The position numbers and the translations under genes are program-made. A stretch of 64,000 nt of DNA, from NCBI GenBank assembly GCA_018652625.1, contig JABIBT010000001.1, positions 9,563-73,562 on the forward strand, read 5' to 3'. The notes beneath the pieces were generated by a model. It was not told the DNA's origin. It ran no database searches and worked only from the letters and a program-made list of their open reading frames with translations. Positions 35,416 to 44,321 of the stretch are shown piece by piece; position 1 is the stretch's first letter, and every line of letters starts with the position of its first letter. This stretch comes from Candidatus Woesearchaeota archaeon (GTDB lineage: Archaea; Nanobdellota; Nanobdellia; SCGC-AAA011-G17; PNOQ01).

Positions 35416-35433
35416 GGTAAGGAAGACCTTACC
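35416..35433. terminator. Hairpin between convergent genes (possible bidirectional terminator)
   Basis: GGTAAGG-AAGA-CCTTACC, a perfect 7-bp stem. Flanked by an A-run upstream and ACTTTTATTT downstream. Confidence 0.45.
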
Positions 35434-35441
35434 ACTTTTAT

Positions 35442-35711
35442 TTACTCTTTGTCTTCTGTATCTTCAGTAGACTCTTCAATAGTTTCTTCTTCAGCCTCAT
35501 CTTCAGAAGTTTCCTCAGCAGGTTTTTCTTCCTCTTTGGATTCCTCTCCTTCTTCTGATTCTTCAGCATTATCTTCGGAAGACTCTTCTTCAGTTTCCTC
35601 TTCTTTAGTTTCCTCTTCTTCGGAAGACTCTTCTTCTGTTGTCTCTTCTTCTTTAGTTTCTTCTTCTTGAGTCTCTTCTTCTACATTTTGATTTTCTTCT
35701 TCCATTTTCAT
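35442..35711 (-). CDS. Highly acidic (poly-Glu/Ser/Thr) low-complexity protein
   Basis: 89 aa, over half Glu. GGAGG lies upstream of the ATG. Coding status is plausible, function unknown. Confidence 0.4.
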   Translation of the reverse strand: MKMEEENQNVEEETQEEETKEEETTEEESSEEEETKEEETEEESSEDNAEESEEGEESKEEEKPAEETSEDEAEEETIEESTEDTEDKE

Positions 35712-35737
35712 TTTCCTCCGTTAAAAGTTATGAACAT

Positions 35738-36283
35738 TTATTCTATAAACACTTTTTCCATTACTACTGATTCAACCGGCCTATCCATACTACCTGTCTG
35801 AACTTTCCCAATTTTATCAATAACCTCCATTCCTTCAATCACTTCTCCAAAAACACTATGGTGTCCATCTAACCAAGGAGTTGCAGCCAAGGTTATAAAA
35901 AATTGACTTCCACCAGTATCTGGTCCAGAATTAGCCATAGACAAAATCCCTTTTTTGCTATGGGTTAAATCAGAATGAAATTCATCTTTAATATCATATC
36001 CTGGTCCGCCGGTTCCATCTCCATTAGGATCTCCGCCCTGTATCATGAATCCACTAATAACTCTATGAAAAACAAGACCATCATAAAAACCATCATTAAC
36101 CAATTTTTTAAAATTATTAGTTGTTACTGGAGCTTTCTCAGTATATAGCTTAACTTTAAAGTTGCCTTCACTTGTTTCAAAATTTACTATTGTTTCCATA
36201 TTAGTACATCCTGTCAGAAAAATCAATCCTGACAATAAAGCGATAAAAACGATACTCAAACATGCTCTTTTCATAGTTTCCAA
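35738..36283 (-). CDS. Cyclophilin-type peptidyl-prolyl isomerase with lipobox-like signal
   Basis: [32 protein letters not shown]-terminal hydrophobic segment ending LTGC. Confidence 0.9.
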   Translation of the reverse strand: METMKRACLSIVFIALLSGLIFLTGCTNMETIVNFETSEGNFKVKLYTEKAPVTTNNFKKLVNDGFYDGLVFHRVISGFMIQGGDPNGDGTGGPGYDIKDEFHSDLTHSKKGILSMANSGPDTGGSQFFITLAATPWLDGHHSVFGEVIEGMEVIDKIGKVQTGSMDRPVESVVMEKVFIE

Positions 36284-36333
36284 GATTTTAAATGATTTAT
36301 AAAATTATCGATTCATAAACATAACAATTGAAT

Positions 36334-36915
36334 CTATCGTTTGATTATTCTTGCCATCTTCCCAGTTAAGTCAATAACAGTAGAGGGATAGTTGGGTAAA
36401 AATCCGTCATCTATAATTATGTCTACTCTGCTCAATATCCTTTTTGGTATATCTTTTATTTTTCTAGCAGGACTCTTACCAGCATAATTCACGCTTGTAG
36501 TAATAAATGGGACTTTGGCTTTCTTTATCAAATCTGCAAAGGCATGGTCTGGAATTCTAATACCTAACGTCTTCATTCCAGGATTAACATTTCTAGCAAC
36601 GGCCCTATTTTTTATTTTTAATATATATGTATATGGTCCGGGCAATTTTTTTATAAAATTTTTATTAATAACTTCAAAATTTTTACGTATCCACTGTTTA
36701 TTTGGAGCAATAACAGAAAGAGGTTTTTCATTTCTACTTTTTATTTCTTTTATCAATTGAACAGAACCTTGTTTCATAGCATTACATCCAAGACCATATA
36801 CTGTATCGGTAGGATAAATAAACAAATCTCCATCTTTTATTCTTCTAACAATTTCAGATTTATTGATTTCATTAAAATTTACAATTTCTGGCATATTCAA
36901 GGAAATGTATAACAA
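36334..36915 (-). CDS. tsaC: Threonylcarbamoyl-AMP synthase (TsaC/YrdC type)
   Basis: IYPTDTVYGLGCNA and LGIRIPDH motifs. The likely true start is the internal MPEIVNF. Confidence 0.85.
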   Translation of the reverse strand: MLYISLNMPEIVNFNEINKSEIVRRIKDGDLFIYPTDTVYGLGCNAMKQGSVQLIKEIKSRNEKPLSVIAPNKQWIRKNFEVINKNFIKKLPGPYTYILKIKNRAVARNVNPGMKTLGIRIPDHAFADLIKKAKVPFITTSVNYAGKSPARKIKDIPKRILSRVDIIIDDGFLPNYPSTVIDLTGKMARIIKR

Positions 36916-36969
36916 AATATAAAACTATCCTTTCAAAAGAATTTTAAAGTATTTCAATGTATCAGAAAT

Positions 36970-37164
36970 ATGGATGAATACAAAAAAGAAACAAAGTATT
37001 GCATGCCTTCTTGTAAATATGCTTCTTTTCCAAAAATGGGCACAGATGGGAGCATGAGTTGTAGAACATTCCAAGCATTATGGTGTAATAAATTAGAAAA
37101 AACAGTCACAAAAAATTCACTTTGCAAAGCTGGATTATTAGAAGGAAAAGAAGAAATATTCTAA
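36970..37164 (+). CDS. Small Cys-rich hypothetical protein
   Basis: 64 aa with five Cys. No family recognised. Confidence 0.35.
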   Translation: MDEYKKETKYCMPSCKYASFPKMGTDGSMSCRTFQALWCNKLEKTVTKNSLCKAGLLEGKEEIF

Positions 37165-37217
37165 ACACTATATTATTCTATAGAAATCTATTTATACAGA
37201 AGCTTTTCTTAAAAAAT

Positions 37218-37670
37218 ATGGATGAAAAGGTTAATTTAACTTGGGAGGAGATTCATGAATCAACAAAAGAATTAGCCTCAATAATTAATTCTAAATTCAA
37301 ACCAGATATAGTAATAGCAATTGGAGAAGGAGGTTGGATTCCAGCAAGATTACTAAAAAACTACATTAAGTGTCCATATTATTCAATTAGATGTAAAAAT
37401 TATGATGAAGAAGATAACCAATTGCCTGAAGCCACAATAACACAAGATATCGAAATCAGTAAAATAAAGGGGGAAAAAGTTCTAATTCTCGACGAAGTAG
37501 CTGATTCTGGAATAACTATGGAAAAAGTACACAAACATCTTTTAGAACTTAATCCTGAAGAAATAAGAACGGCAGTTTTACACAAAAAAGAAAAAAGTAT
37601 TTTCAACCCAGATTATATACATAAAAACATGGGTAATACTTGGATAGTATATCCTTGGGATAAAAAATAG
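37218..37670 (+). CDS. Purine phosphoribosyltransferase (Gpt/Hpt-like)
   Basis: PRPP-binding motif KVLILDEVADSGITM. I chose the ATG at 37218 (MDEKVNLTWEEI), in frame with track ORF 37122..37670. Confidence 0.75.
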   Translation: MDEKVNLTWEEIHESTKELASIINSKFKPDIVIAIGEGGWIPARLLKNYIKCPYYSIRCKNYDEEDNQLPEATITQDIEISKIKGEKVLILDEVADSGITMEKVHKHLLELNPEEIRTAVLHKKEKSIFNPDYIHKNMGNTWIVYPWDKK

Positions 37671-37672
37671 GA

Positions 37673-39736
37673 TTAAGAAGTAAAGCTATTTCCTTCTTTT
37701 TTCTCAAATTTTATAACATTATCAACAAAACTTTCTATTTTAGGATCGTGGCTAACTATAATTACCTGCTCTATCTTTAATTCTTCTAAAACAATTCTTA
37801 ATTTATCTACCTGTTCAGAAGAAAACCCATCAGTTGGTTCATCTAATATTAAAAGCTCCTTCGTATTTATTTCAGACATCATAGTATTAATAATTTGATT
37901 TAATGCTAATCTATAAGCTAAAGCAGCAGCAGTTCTCTCACCACCAGATAAATGTGCATACTCTATATCATATCCATTTTGTTTAATTAGAGGACTAAAA
38001 TCATAATCTAAACTTATTTCTAAATCTTCATTTTCTACTAAAATTCTAAACCAATCTTTGAAAATTTTATCAAAATCAGAATGAACTTTTCTCATTATTT
38101 GTTTTTCCATCATGCTCACTAAAGAAATAAATTCTTTCTCTAAATAACTTATAATTTCAGAATATTTTACTATTCTTTCTTTAAGTTTTAATTTTTTTTC
38201 AATTTCTAAGTTTAATTCATTCATTCTTTCATTAAGTAAATTTACTTCTCTTTCTCCAGCAAATAACTCAGAATGCAATTTTCTATCAATTCCCAATAAT
38301 TCATCAAGTTCAAATTTTATTTTTTCATATTCTTCAGAAACATTGGGTATACATTCTAGCAATTTACCTATTCCAAGTTTATTAGAATTAATCTCACCAA
38401 TTTCTTTTTTCATCTCATTCTGTTCTCTCAATAAATCATTCAATTGTTTTGTTCTACTTTCCAAATTATTTCTTTTAACTTTAAATATTTCAACTTCATT
38501 TTTTGATTTAGATAAAGATTCTAACTTAATTTTTAATTCTATTATTAAATCTTGATTTTCTTTTTCATTTTCTTTATACTTATCAAATAAAGCTTTAGTA
38601 TCTTTAATTCTTAAATCTTCATCACTAGAAATTTTATGTTTATGTTCAGTTGTAACTTTCTGTTTACAAATCGGGCATAAATCCAATTTATTAATATTTA
38701 ATTTAACTTCTTCAGAATTCCTCACAATAAACCCAAATTCTCCAATTTTTTCACCAATCTCCTTATTTTCAAATTCTATTCTTCTTAAATCTTCATTAAT
38801 ATCAGATATTCTCTTGTTAATAACTTCTAAATCTGTAACATTAAATTCTTTCAACTCTTTATTTAAATCATTAATTTCTTTATTCAAGACTTCCATAACT
38901 GAATTATTTCTAACTCTTTGGTTAATCAACCCTTCAAGTTTACTTTCTAAAACAATTTTATTTCTTTTCAGTTCTTCTCTTTCTTTTCTTTTCTTTTCTA
39001 TTTCTTCAACATAATTCTTTTTTAGATTAATTTTATCATTCATAACATTAAGTTCTTCTTTTAATTTTTTTAAACTCTCACTAAGTTCCTCTACTTTACT
39101 TTTTTTAGATAACCTTTCTTTACTCAAATTTTCAAAATCAGAACTTAACAATTCAAATTCTTTTTTTCTTTCCTTCAATTTAGAAATCAAAAATCTAGAA
39201 TTCTCCATAACTCTTTTATATTTGTCAACTCCAAAAACTTTTCTAAGTATATTCAATCTTTCATCAGAGTCTGCCAAAAGAATACTTTTCATTTCTTCTT
39301 GCGGGGTATAAACAGTAAAATTATATATTAATCCTTTAGTTTTTGTCAAAGATTCTTTAGGATAATTAAACAATTCAAGTACTTTTTGTTTTAACTCAAC
39401 GGGGCTTAGTTCCTCTTTGTAACCATCAATTACAATGTATCCAGCTTCTTGACTGATTCCAGAAGAGCTTTTTTTAAGATTTCTTCTAATAGAAATTTCT
39501 TTCTCAGAGACAATAAAATTTAACTCTACAAATCCATAATTTTGTCCTTTCCTCAATAACGCATTTGAAGATAAATTTCCTTTTCTTAAACCAAAAAGAA
39601 CAAAATCAATAGCAAGCAATAAACTTGTTTTCCCACTACCTATATCTCCACTGAGCAGAACACTTCCATCCGGGAAATCAATTTTTCCACTAGAATAACT
39701 TCTAATATTCTCTAAAGTTATACTTTTAATTTTCAT
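37673..39736 (-). CDS. rad50: DNA double-strand break repair ATPase Rad50
   Basis: Walker A GDIGSGKTS, long coiled coil with the zinc hook CPICKQ, signature LSGGERTAAALA, Walker B LLILDEPTDG. Confidence 0.85.
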   Translation of the reverse strand: MKIKSITLENIRSYSSGKIDFPDGSVLLSGDIGSGKTSLLLAIDFVLFGLRKGNLSSNALLRKGQNYGFVELNFIVSEKEISIRRNLKKSSSGISQEAGYIVIDGYKEELSPVELKQKVLELFNYPKESLTKTKGLIYNFTVYTPQEEMKSILLADSDERLNILRKVFGVDKYKRVMENSRFLISKLKERKKEFELLSSDFENLSKERLSKKSKVEELSESLKKLKEELNVMNDKINLKKNYVEEIEKKRKEREELKRNKIVLESKLEGLINQRVRNNSVMEVLNKEINDLNKELKEFNVTDLEVINKRISDINEDLRRIEFENKEIGEKIGEFGFIVRNSEEVKLNINKLDLCPICKQKVTTEHKHKISSDEDLRIKDTKALFDKYKENEKENQDLIIELKIKLESLSKSKNEVEIFKVKRNNLESRTKQLNDLLREQNEMKKEIGEINSNKLGIGKLLECIPNVSEEYEKIKFELDELLGIDRKLHSELFAGEREVNLLNERMNELNLEIEKKLKLKERIVKYSEIISYLEKEFISLVSMMEKQIMRKVHSDFDKIFKDWFRILVENEDLEISLDYDFSPLIKQNGYDIEYAHLSGGERTAAALAYRLALNQIINTMMSEINTKELLILDEPTDGFSSEQVDKLRIVLEELKIEQVIIVSHDPKIESFVDNVIKFEKKEGNSFTS

Positions 39737-40925
39737 CTTCTAATTTCAAAACTCCAAATACCTCTTTCAATACTCTTAACTCAAAATCAAAAACTTTTTC
39801 CCCATCTAATTTTTCTTTATCCAAAGAATTTATCAAATTTTTAACAAATTCTCCTTCCTTAGAATATTTCATAATTAATTCATCTTCAATATTATCTACA
39901 TCATCAGAAATATCATCCAGCTCTTCAAATTCTTTAATTTTAAGTTCAGAAGAATTTTTCAAAATAACATAAGCTCTATCAAGCTCAGAGAAAACACCTT
40001 TAAAATCAATTTCAGATATTCTGCCACTATTCAAAACTCCTTTCAATCTCAAAAGAACAATCTTATCTATTATTTCATTCAAATCTATTTTATCTAAAAT
40101 AAAATTTTTAACTTGATTAGAGTCTTTCCCAGTTAAATCAATCTCATATTTCTTAACTTCTTTAAGTTTAACATCTACATATTCTGAGATTATACCTTCA
40201 TCTTTAAATTCATTAATGAAAAGACCACCATTTTCAAATTTCTCTAATTCTGGAAAATTATTTGGAAACAATGCCCCGGGATAAGCAATTCTTCCATATG
40301 GTTCCTTAACTTCATTAAAAACATAATGTGGATGCCCTCCAGCATAATAATCAAAGCCTTTTGGCAAAATAGCAACCGGTTCAGAAGATATCATAGCTAA
40401 ATGTTCTGGTTTAAATTCTGTCAAAGTAGTATGAAACATAAAGATTTTTTTACCTTCTTCATTTTCCAAATTTTCTCTAATTAGCCTTTCATAATAACTC
40501 TTCTCCAAACCTTGAGATTTTCCAAACAATCCAGTAATTTTTACTCCGGTTTTTTCATCAATAGTATAATTTAATTTAATTTTCTCACATTCTTCATTAA
40601 TCTTCACAACATTTTTAACTAATCCCGCATTTTCAAAAACATCTAACATTGTTTTTCCAGAGGGAGAATAATCATGGCTCCCTGCAATAAGATATACTGG
40701 AATTTTGTTATTTTTTAATTTTCTTAAATCTAAAGCAACTTGCTTAATTAAATCAATAGAAGGCAATGCAGTATTAAACAAATCTCCTGCAATTAGAACA
40801 AAATCAACTTGTTTTTCAACGCAAATTTTAATAGTTTTAGAAAAAACCTGCATCCCTAATTCTTTTAACTTTAATTCTGACCAGCCACCAATATGACAAT
40901 CGGCAATATGGGCAAATTTAACCAT
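39726..40925 (-). CDS. mre11: DNA double-strand break repair nuclease Mre11
   Basis: Phosphoesterase motifs FAHIADCHIG, AGDLFN, AGSHD, GGHPH. Overlaps the rad50 start by 11 nt. Confidence 0.9.
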   Translation of the reverse strand: MVKFAHIADCHIGGWSELKLKELGMQVFSKTIKICVEKQVDFVLIAGDLFNTALPSIDLIKQVALDLRKLKNNKIPVYLIAGSHDYSPSGKTMLDVFENAGLVKNVVKINEECEKIKLNYTIDEKTGVKITGLFGKSQGLEKSYYERLIRENLENEEGKKIFMFHTTLTEFKPEHLAMISSEPVAILPKGFDYYAGGHPHYVFNEVKEPYGRIAYPGALFPNNFPELEKFENGGLFINEFKDEGIISEYVDVKLKEVKKYEIDLTGKDSNQVKNFILDKIDLNEIIDKIVLLRLKGVLNSGRISEIDFKGVFSELDRAYVILKNSSELKIKEFEELDDISDDVDNIEDELIMKYSKEGEFVKNLINSLDKEKLDGEKVFDFELRVLKEVFGVLKLEDEN

Positions 40926-40969
40926 AAAAAGAATAACCTGGCTTCTTTATTAAAATTATATACACTTCA

Positions 40970-41641
40970 CTATATATTCGGAGGATTTATCCTGGCCTTA
41001 TCAATATTAAGACCGGGAGTATGCCCTTTTATTAATTTCAGAACTTTCTTTCTTTCATCAGGATTATTTTCAATATCATGATTAGCATTAATAATCAAAC
41101 AATCTCCACCATATCTTGATAAAAAAGTTTCGTAAAGGTTATTTAACCTATCTAAATAATCATTTGCTGGATCAATCAATTTTGCTTCCTCTGGCCTATT
41201 TCTTTTAGAGATTCTCTCTCTTGCAAGATTAGCAGTACCTCTTAAATGAACTAACAAACTAGGAAATTTTAAATCCTCTTCAGCCTTATGAAAGGAATCT
41301 AAATAATTATCATAATCTAAATCAGAAAGAAATCCTTCATTATTTAAGTGAATAGCAAAAATATACGGATCTTCATATATGCTTCTATCCTGGACCCACC
41401 GTCCTTCAGATTCCTGCAATTCTCTATGATCTTTAGCTCTAGTTTCTAAAAAAAACATCTGTAAATCGTGGGCACGTTTAGAAGGTTTAACGCCAGCATT
41501 AATATCTTCATAAAAAGGAATTAAATATTCGTTTGCTTCTCCAACTCTTTCTTCTTTTAGTTTAAAATCCCACTCTTCAGAAATTATCTTTGCAAGAGTA
41601 GATTTTCCTAACCCAATATTTCCAGCAATACTAATAAACAT
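40970..41641 (-). CDS. Deoxynucleoside kinase family protein
   Basis: P-loop AGNIGLGKST, QDRSIYED (ERS-type motif), and lid RERISKRNRPEE. Confidence 0.75.
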   Translation of the reverse strand: MFISIAGNIGLGKSTLAKIISEEWDFKLKEERVGEANEYLIPFYEDINAGVKPSKRAHDLQMFFLETRAKDHRELQESEGRWVQDRSIYEDPYIFAIHLNNEGFLSDLDYDNYLDSFHKAEEDLKFPSLLVHLRGTANLARERISKRNRPEEAKLIDPANDYLDRLNNLYETFLSRYGGDCLIINANHDIENNPDERKKVLKLIKGHTPGLNIDKARINPPNI

Positions 41642-41804
41642 AAAAACGTGAATATTTACTCATATAAAAAGCTATTTTTTTAGTAATTTTGGCAATTTTT
41701 GAGTTTTCAATAATTAAATGAAACTGAGAGTTTGTCCTTAGAAAAATAGGTTAAGATTTTAGGCTTCCAACATGTTTATATAATATAACAATTTGAATGT
41801 AACT

Positions 41805-42581
41805 ATGAATGTTGAGAAACATACTAAAAAGATGTATGATCAATTTGGTAAAGAATACCAAAAAACAAGAAAAGAAAAACATAAAAGTCGCCTATATAAT
41901 GAATTTCTCGAAGTTCCTTGCATGATTAAAGCGGTTGGAAATATCAAAGGGAAAAAATTACTTGATATTGGTTGCGGTGCAGGAGTCCATATCAAGAAAT
42001 ATCTCTCTAAGGGTGCCAAATGTCGAGGCATGGATATTAGTAAATCAATGATTGACATGGCAAAACAAAATTGTCCAAATGTTGATTTTAAAATTGGCCC
42101 TATGACTAAACTTCCTTACAAAAATTCTTCATTTGATATCGTTACTGCAAGTCTTAGTGTTGATTATATTAAAAATTTAATTCCTGTTTTCAAAGAGATT
42201 TCAAGGGTATTAAAAAAGGGAGGAGTTTTCTACTATTCCAATGAAAGCCCTATTGCTTCAGCAAGAGAAAGATATGAAGATAAAAATTTTAAAATTTTTG
42301 GGATAGGTAAATTTATTGATAAAAAAACAGGAAAACAAATTGCTCTTGGAAGAGGATGGAATGAAAGACTTGCAAAATGGGAAATGGTTCCTGGAATGTT
42401 GATGAAAACATACAACAAAACATTCAGAACCCAACTAAAGAGTTTAAGAGAAGCAGGATTTGAATTGATTGACTTGATTGATTGTAAACCCACCACAACA
42501 TTTAGGAAATATGAACCAGCAGCTTTTAAGATATTCTCAAAATTTCCACTTTTTAGTATTTATGTTTCTCAAAAGAAATAA
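41805..42581 (+). CDS. Class I SAM-dependent methyltransferase
   Basis: LLDIGCGAGV motif. I prefer ATG 41805 over the track TTG at 41793. TTTATATAAT lies about 25 nt upstream, consistent with a leaderless transcript. Confidence 0.8.
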   Translation: MNVEKHTKKMYDQFGKEYQKTRKEKHKSRLYNEFLEVPCMIKAVGNIKGKKLLDIGCGAGVHIKKYLSKGAKCRGMDISKSMIDMAKQNCPNVDFKIGPMTKLPYKNSSFDIVTASLSVDYIKNLIPVFKEISRVLKKGGVFYYSNESPIASARERYEDKNFKIFGIGKFIDKKTGKQIALGRGWNERLAKWEMVPGMLMKTYNKTFRTQLKSLREAGFELIDLIDCKPTTTFRKYEPAAFKIFSKFPLFSIYVSQKK

Positions 42582-42615
42582 GCCCAAAACCTTTTTTATG
42601 TACATACGCCAGGAA

Positions 42616-43356
42616 TCATATCAAACCTCTAACAATCTTTTTAGTTTCTTCTGGCCCTGAAACCGCCATACAAGTAACTCCAGTCGATTTAACAGGATAG
42701 TCGTTTCCACCCTCAAAAAGAGCATCCCCTATAAATAACATCTGTTTAATAGAGTAACCAAGATTTTTTTCTATTTGTTTTATTCCATATGACTTATCTA
42801 TCCCTTTTCTTGTAATATCAATAGAAGATACTCCTCCAAGTCTTATTTCAAATTCTGGTATATATTTCTCAAGGATTTTCTTTATTTTTCTTCTTTTAGA
42901 CAAATTCACATCCCAACAAGATTTCTTCTCAGTTGGAGCATCCTGACCTAAGGCTGAAAAAGTAACTTGGGATCCTCGATTTTCTATCCTTTCTCCGTAT
43001 AGTTCTTTTTCATCAAAACCAAATTCATCTAACGATTTATAGAGGGAATCAATTATTTTTTCTATTTCTTCATTTGTTAGTTCTTCAGAATAAATTTTTT
43101 CCCATTCTTTATTGAATTTATAAAACTGAGTAGAACACACAGGAAACAGATATAAGTTTTTTAGTAATTCTTCAGAACAATCAAGACCTTCCAAGAATTG
43201 TTTTTTAAACTGGGTGTAAGTTCCGCCAGAAATAATAGCAACTTTTTTCTTACTTAGTAATTTAGAAAAAAGCTCCGACATCTCTTCATCCATTTCTGTC
43301 TTACTTTCTGCCAATGTCCCATCTAAATCAAATATAATTAAATCTTTGCCATCCAT
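42616..43356 (-). CDS. HAD-IIB hydrolase (phosphomannomutase-like)
   Basis: IIFDLDGTL, ISGG, IGDALFEGGNDYP. Confidence 0.7.
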   Translation of the reverse strand: MDGKDLIIFDLDGTLAESKTEMDEEMSELFSKLLSKKKVAIISGGTYTQFKKQFLEGLDCSEELLKNLYLFPVCSTQFYKFNKEWEKIYSEELTNEEIEKIIDSLYKSLDEFGFDEKELYGERIENRGSQVTFSALGQDAPTEKKSCWDVNLSKRRKIKKILEKYIPEFEIRLGGVSSIDITRKGIDKSYGIKQIEKNLGYSIKQMLFIGDALFEGGNDYPVKSTGVTCMAVSGPEETKKIVRGLI

Positions 43357-43403
43357 TATTACTATCTAAGAATTTCAACTTATAAAATCTATGAAAGAAA
43401 AAT

Positions 43404-43426
43404 AACTATTTACTTTTCATCTTAGG
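43404..43426. repeat. 23-nt exact direct repeat, copy 1 (downstream of the 131-aa ORF)
   Basis: aactatttacttttcatcttagg, identical to 43910-43932. Confidence 0.8.
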
Positions 43427-43433
43427 CAAATTA

Positions 43434-43829
43434 TTAATGTTGAATATTTTCCCAAGAAATAATAGCATCTCCCGGTAATGCCTTAAGGATTTTCTCCTGT
43501 AAGTCCCACCCATCTTCCAAGGCATTTTCATCAATAGGGACATTTTGGCATCGAGGATTAGCTTTTACAATAATTTCATAATTTATGGGGTGGGCAGGCA
43601 TCCCATTAGGTATAAATTTATCGCACCCATAAAACACATCCCTAGTATCTAGACCTATCTCTTCCAATTTTGTTTTTTCTTCTGAATCATGTATAATGCG
43701 AACATACTGCCCTCTTTCATTCCTAACAAGGCCACACCCATCAAAATAACCATCCCTGTGACTTCCCTGTTTTAAATGATTACAATAAATACATACCCTC
43801 TCATCCATTCTTGGTTGTTTTTCTGCCAT
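43434..43829 (-). CDS. Hypothetical Cys-containing protein (bracketed by direct repeats)
   Basis: 131-aa ORF. CIYC...C...C, visibly less K/I-rich than its neighbours. No family recognised. Confidence 0.5.
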   Translation of the reverse strand: MAEKQPRMDERVCIYCNHLKQGSHRDGYFDGCGLVRNERGQYVRIIHDSEEKTKLEEIGLDTRDVFYGCDKFIPNGMPAHPINYEIIVKANPRCQNVPIDENALEDGWDLQEKILKALPGDAIISWENIQH

Positions 43830-43909
43830 AATAGCGAAAATTACATAAACTATTTAAATTTAACTGAAAAAACTTACAATCCCTCCTACGGATCACAAAA
43901 TTATAACAA

Positions 43910-43932
43910 AACTATTTACTTTTCATCTTAGG
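43910..43932. repeat. 23-nt exact direct repeat, copy 2 (covers the last codons and stop of the 51-aa ORF)
   Basis: On the minus strand it reads CCT AAG ATG AAA AGT AAA TAG, which encodes PKMKSK-stop. Confidence 0.8.
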
Positions 43933-44067
43933 TAAAACTTTGTACGCATAAATCGCCCCAAGAATTAAAACCGACCAAAAAATCATCCAAGTTATAATCC
44001 CAATAACAAACAAAACCATAACAATTACTAAAACCAGAATTAAAAAAAGTGAAGTTAATTTTTTCAT
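43912..44067 (-). CDS. Small membrane protein (51 aa), not in ORF track
   Basis: Own translation: MKKLTSLFLILVLVIVMVLFVIGIITWMIFWSVLILGAIYAYKVLPKMKSK. Two hydrophobic helices. The ATG lies 2 nt after the upstream gene stop. Confidence 0.4.
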   Translation of the reverse strand: MKKLTSLFLILVLVIVMVLFVIGIITWMIFWSVLILGAIYAYKVLPKMKSK

Positions 44068-44069
44068 AT

Positions 44070-44321
44070 TCATTTTTTCCTCTTTCTATACCATTTCCAA
44101 CCTTTCTTGGCTTTTCTAACGTGATCTCTAGCTACATAAAAGATATAAAATATTTCCAAAATGGCCAAAGTATTAATTAAAAATATTAAAATAAACCACA
44201 CAATTTCTTTTCTTCTAGCAGCCTTCCACAAAGCATAGCCTTTCCAAGGCAATTGCCATAAAATCAAAAATATAAGAACAACCGAACCCCATGCAGTTTG
44301 AAAAAAAGCTTCCAAAGGCAT
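44070..44321 (-). CDS. Small membrane protein
   Basis: 83 aa. Two or three TM helices and a basic C-terminus. Abuts the RNase J stop. Confidence 0.5.
   Translation of the reverse strand: MPLEAFFQTAWGSVVLIFLILWQLPWKGYALWKAARRKEIVWFILIFLINTLAILEIFYIFYVARDHVRKAKKGWKWYRKRKK

Noticed and set aside
35070-35670. Track ORFs 35070..35336 (minus) and 35449..35670 (plus)
   Set aside because: They are antisense readings of the GAA/GAG-rich acidic-tail regions, giving poly-Leu/Phe/Ser peptides with no start context. Artefacts of the repeat composition.
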